A stretch of 64,000 bases of DNA from the human T2T-CHM13v2.0 reference genome, Homo sapiens, in the NCBI RefSeq assembly GCF_009914755.1, contig NC_060935.1; one strand, 5' to 3'. Each line of letters starts with the position of its first letter. The stretch's first letter is position 1. The notes under the pieces are model-generated. The model saw only the letters and a program-made list of their open reading frames with translations. It did no database searches and was not told where the DNA came from. Positions 63,201-64,000 of this stretch are shown here, piece after piece. Position numbers and translations under genes: made by a program.

Positions 63201-63488
63201 ACCGATATGAAGTGTGGCATACTGTTATTTTTTTAACCCTTACAAAATGGAATGAGACCTCTTGGAATTAGATGTTAGAGCACTGATTTGGGAAACAGGA
63301 GCTACCCAAGAAAAACAATTTAAAATGCTTTCTTTGATTATATTTCCTTTGGGTGCATTGGTTGCTGTCTTGTGTAAGCCAACGGTCTCCAGAGTGGGTC
63401 ATGTACACCCCAGGGAGTCATTTGACCCTTCTGCATACAGGAAGAAACTATTTTATTTCTTAATGCTATAATGTCTACTTTGTGGGTA

Positions 63489-63792
63489 TTTTTGTTGTAT
63501 TGTTTGAGACGAAGTCTTGCTCTGTCACCCAGGCTGGAGTGCAGCGGCTCATGGTGCGATCTCGGCTTGCTGCAACCTCCACCTCCTAGGTTCAAATGAT
63601 TCTCCTGCCTCAGCCTCCGGAGTAGCTGGGATTACAGGCACCCGCCACCATGCCTGGCTAATCTTTGTATTTTTAGTTGAGATAGGGTTTCACCATATTG
63701 GCCAGGTTGGTCTCGAACTCCTGACCTTGTGATCTGCCTGCCTTAGCCTCCCAAAGTGCTGGGATTACAGGCATAAGCCACTGTACCCGGCC
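63489..63792 (-). mobile_element. AluSg-like SINE
   Basis: ggccaggttggtctcgaactcctgaccttgtgatc (2-nt deletion form); TSD tgggtat(g)tttt; 7-nt internal insertion at 63545-63551. Confidence 0.95.
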
Positions 63793-64000
63793 ATGGGTAT
63801 GTTTTTTAATGCATGTCATATATTAGAACCAGAGCACGTGTATAGAATTTACAGAGAAATGCATATATTCTGGAGGTATGCTCATAGTTTTTACTGATGG
63901 ATGTTAGTGATAAAGGAAAAATCTGTGGAGATCATTAGACAACACGTAGCATCGTGCTGGCCAGGAAGATGGCCTGCTTCTAAGGAGAAGTTTCTAGAGG

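Overview
This is primate (human-like) nuclear DNA, not microbial. It carries Alu J, S and Y-like copies, MIR, L2, L1M, MaLR/ERVL solo LTRs and hAT/mariner MITEs. I find no credible protein-coding exon, tRNA, rRNA or CRISPR array. Almost all ORF-track entries are repeat-derived or chance frames, so the window looks intergenic or deep-intronic; I cannot name the locus. Between the repeats lie several unique, TAAT/SOX/octamer-rich blocks resembling developmental-enhancer CNEs (inference; no alignment available). The most notable signals are: (i) two CpG-retaining fossils whose translation still resembles the C-terminus of CR1-clade LINE ORF2 (53.47-53.80 kb clearly, 12.37-12.64 kb tentatively), candidate exapted regulatory elements; (ii) an AluJ with a templated, multi-switch insertion copied from its own flanks; (iii) an intact MADE1 hairpin of the miR-548 source type; (iv) a CpG-rich promoter/enhancer-like block at 16.2-17.0 kb; (v) an unusually long stop-free frame at 57.1-57.9 kb. 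Repeat families were recognised by eye from recalled consensus sequences, and boundaries of old repeats are approximate.
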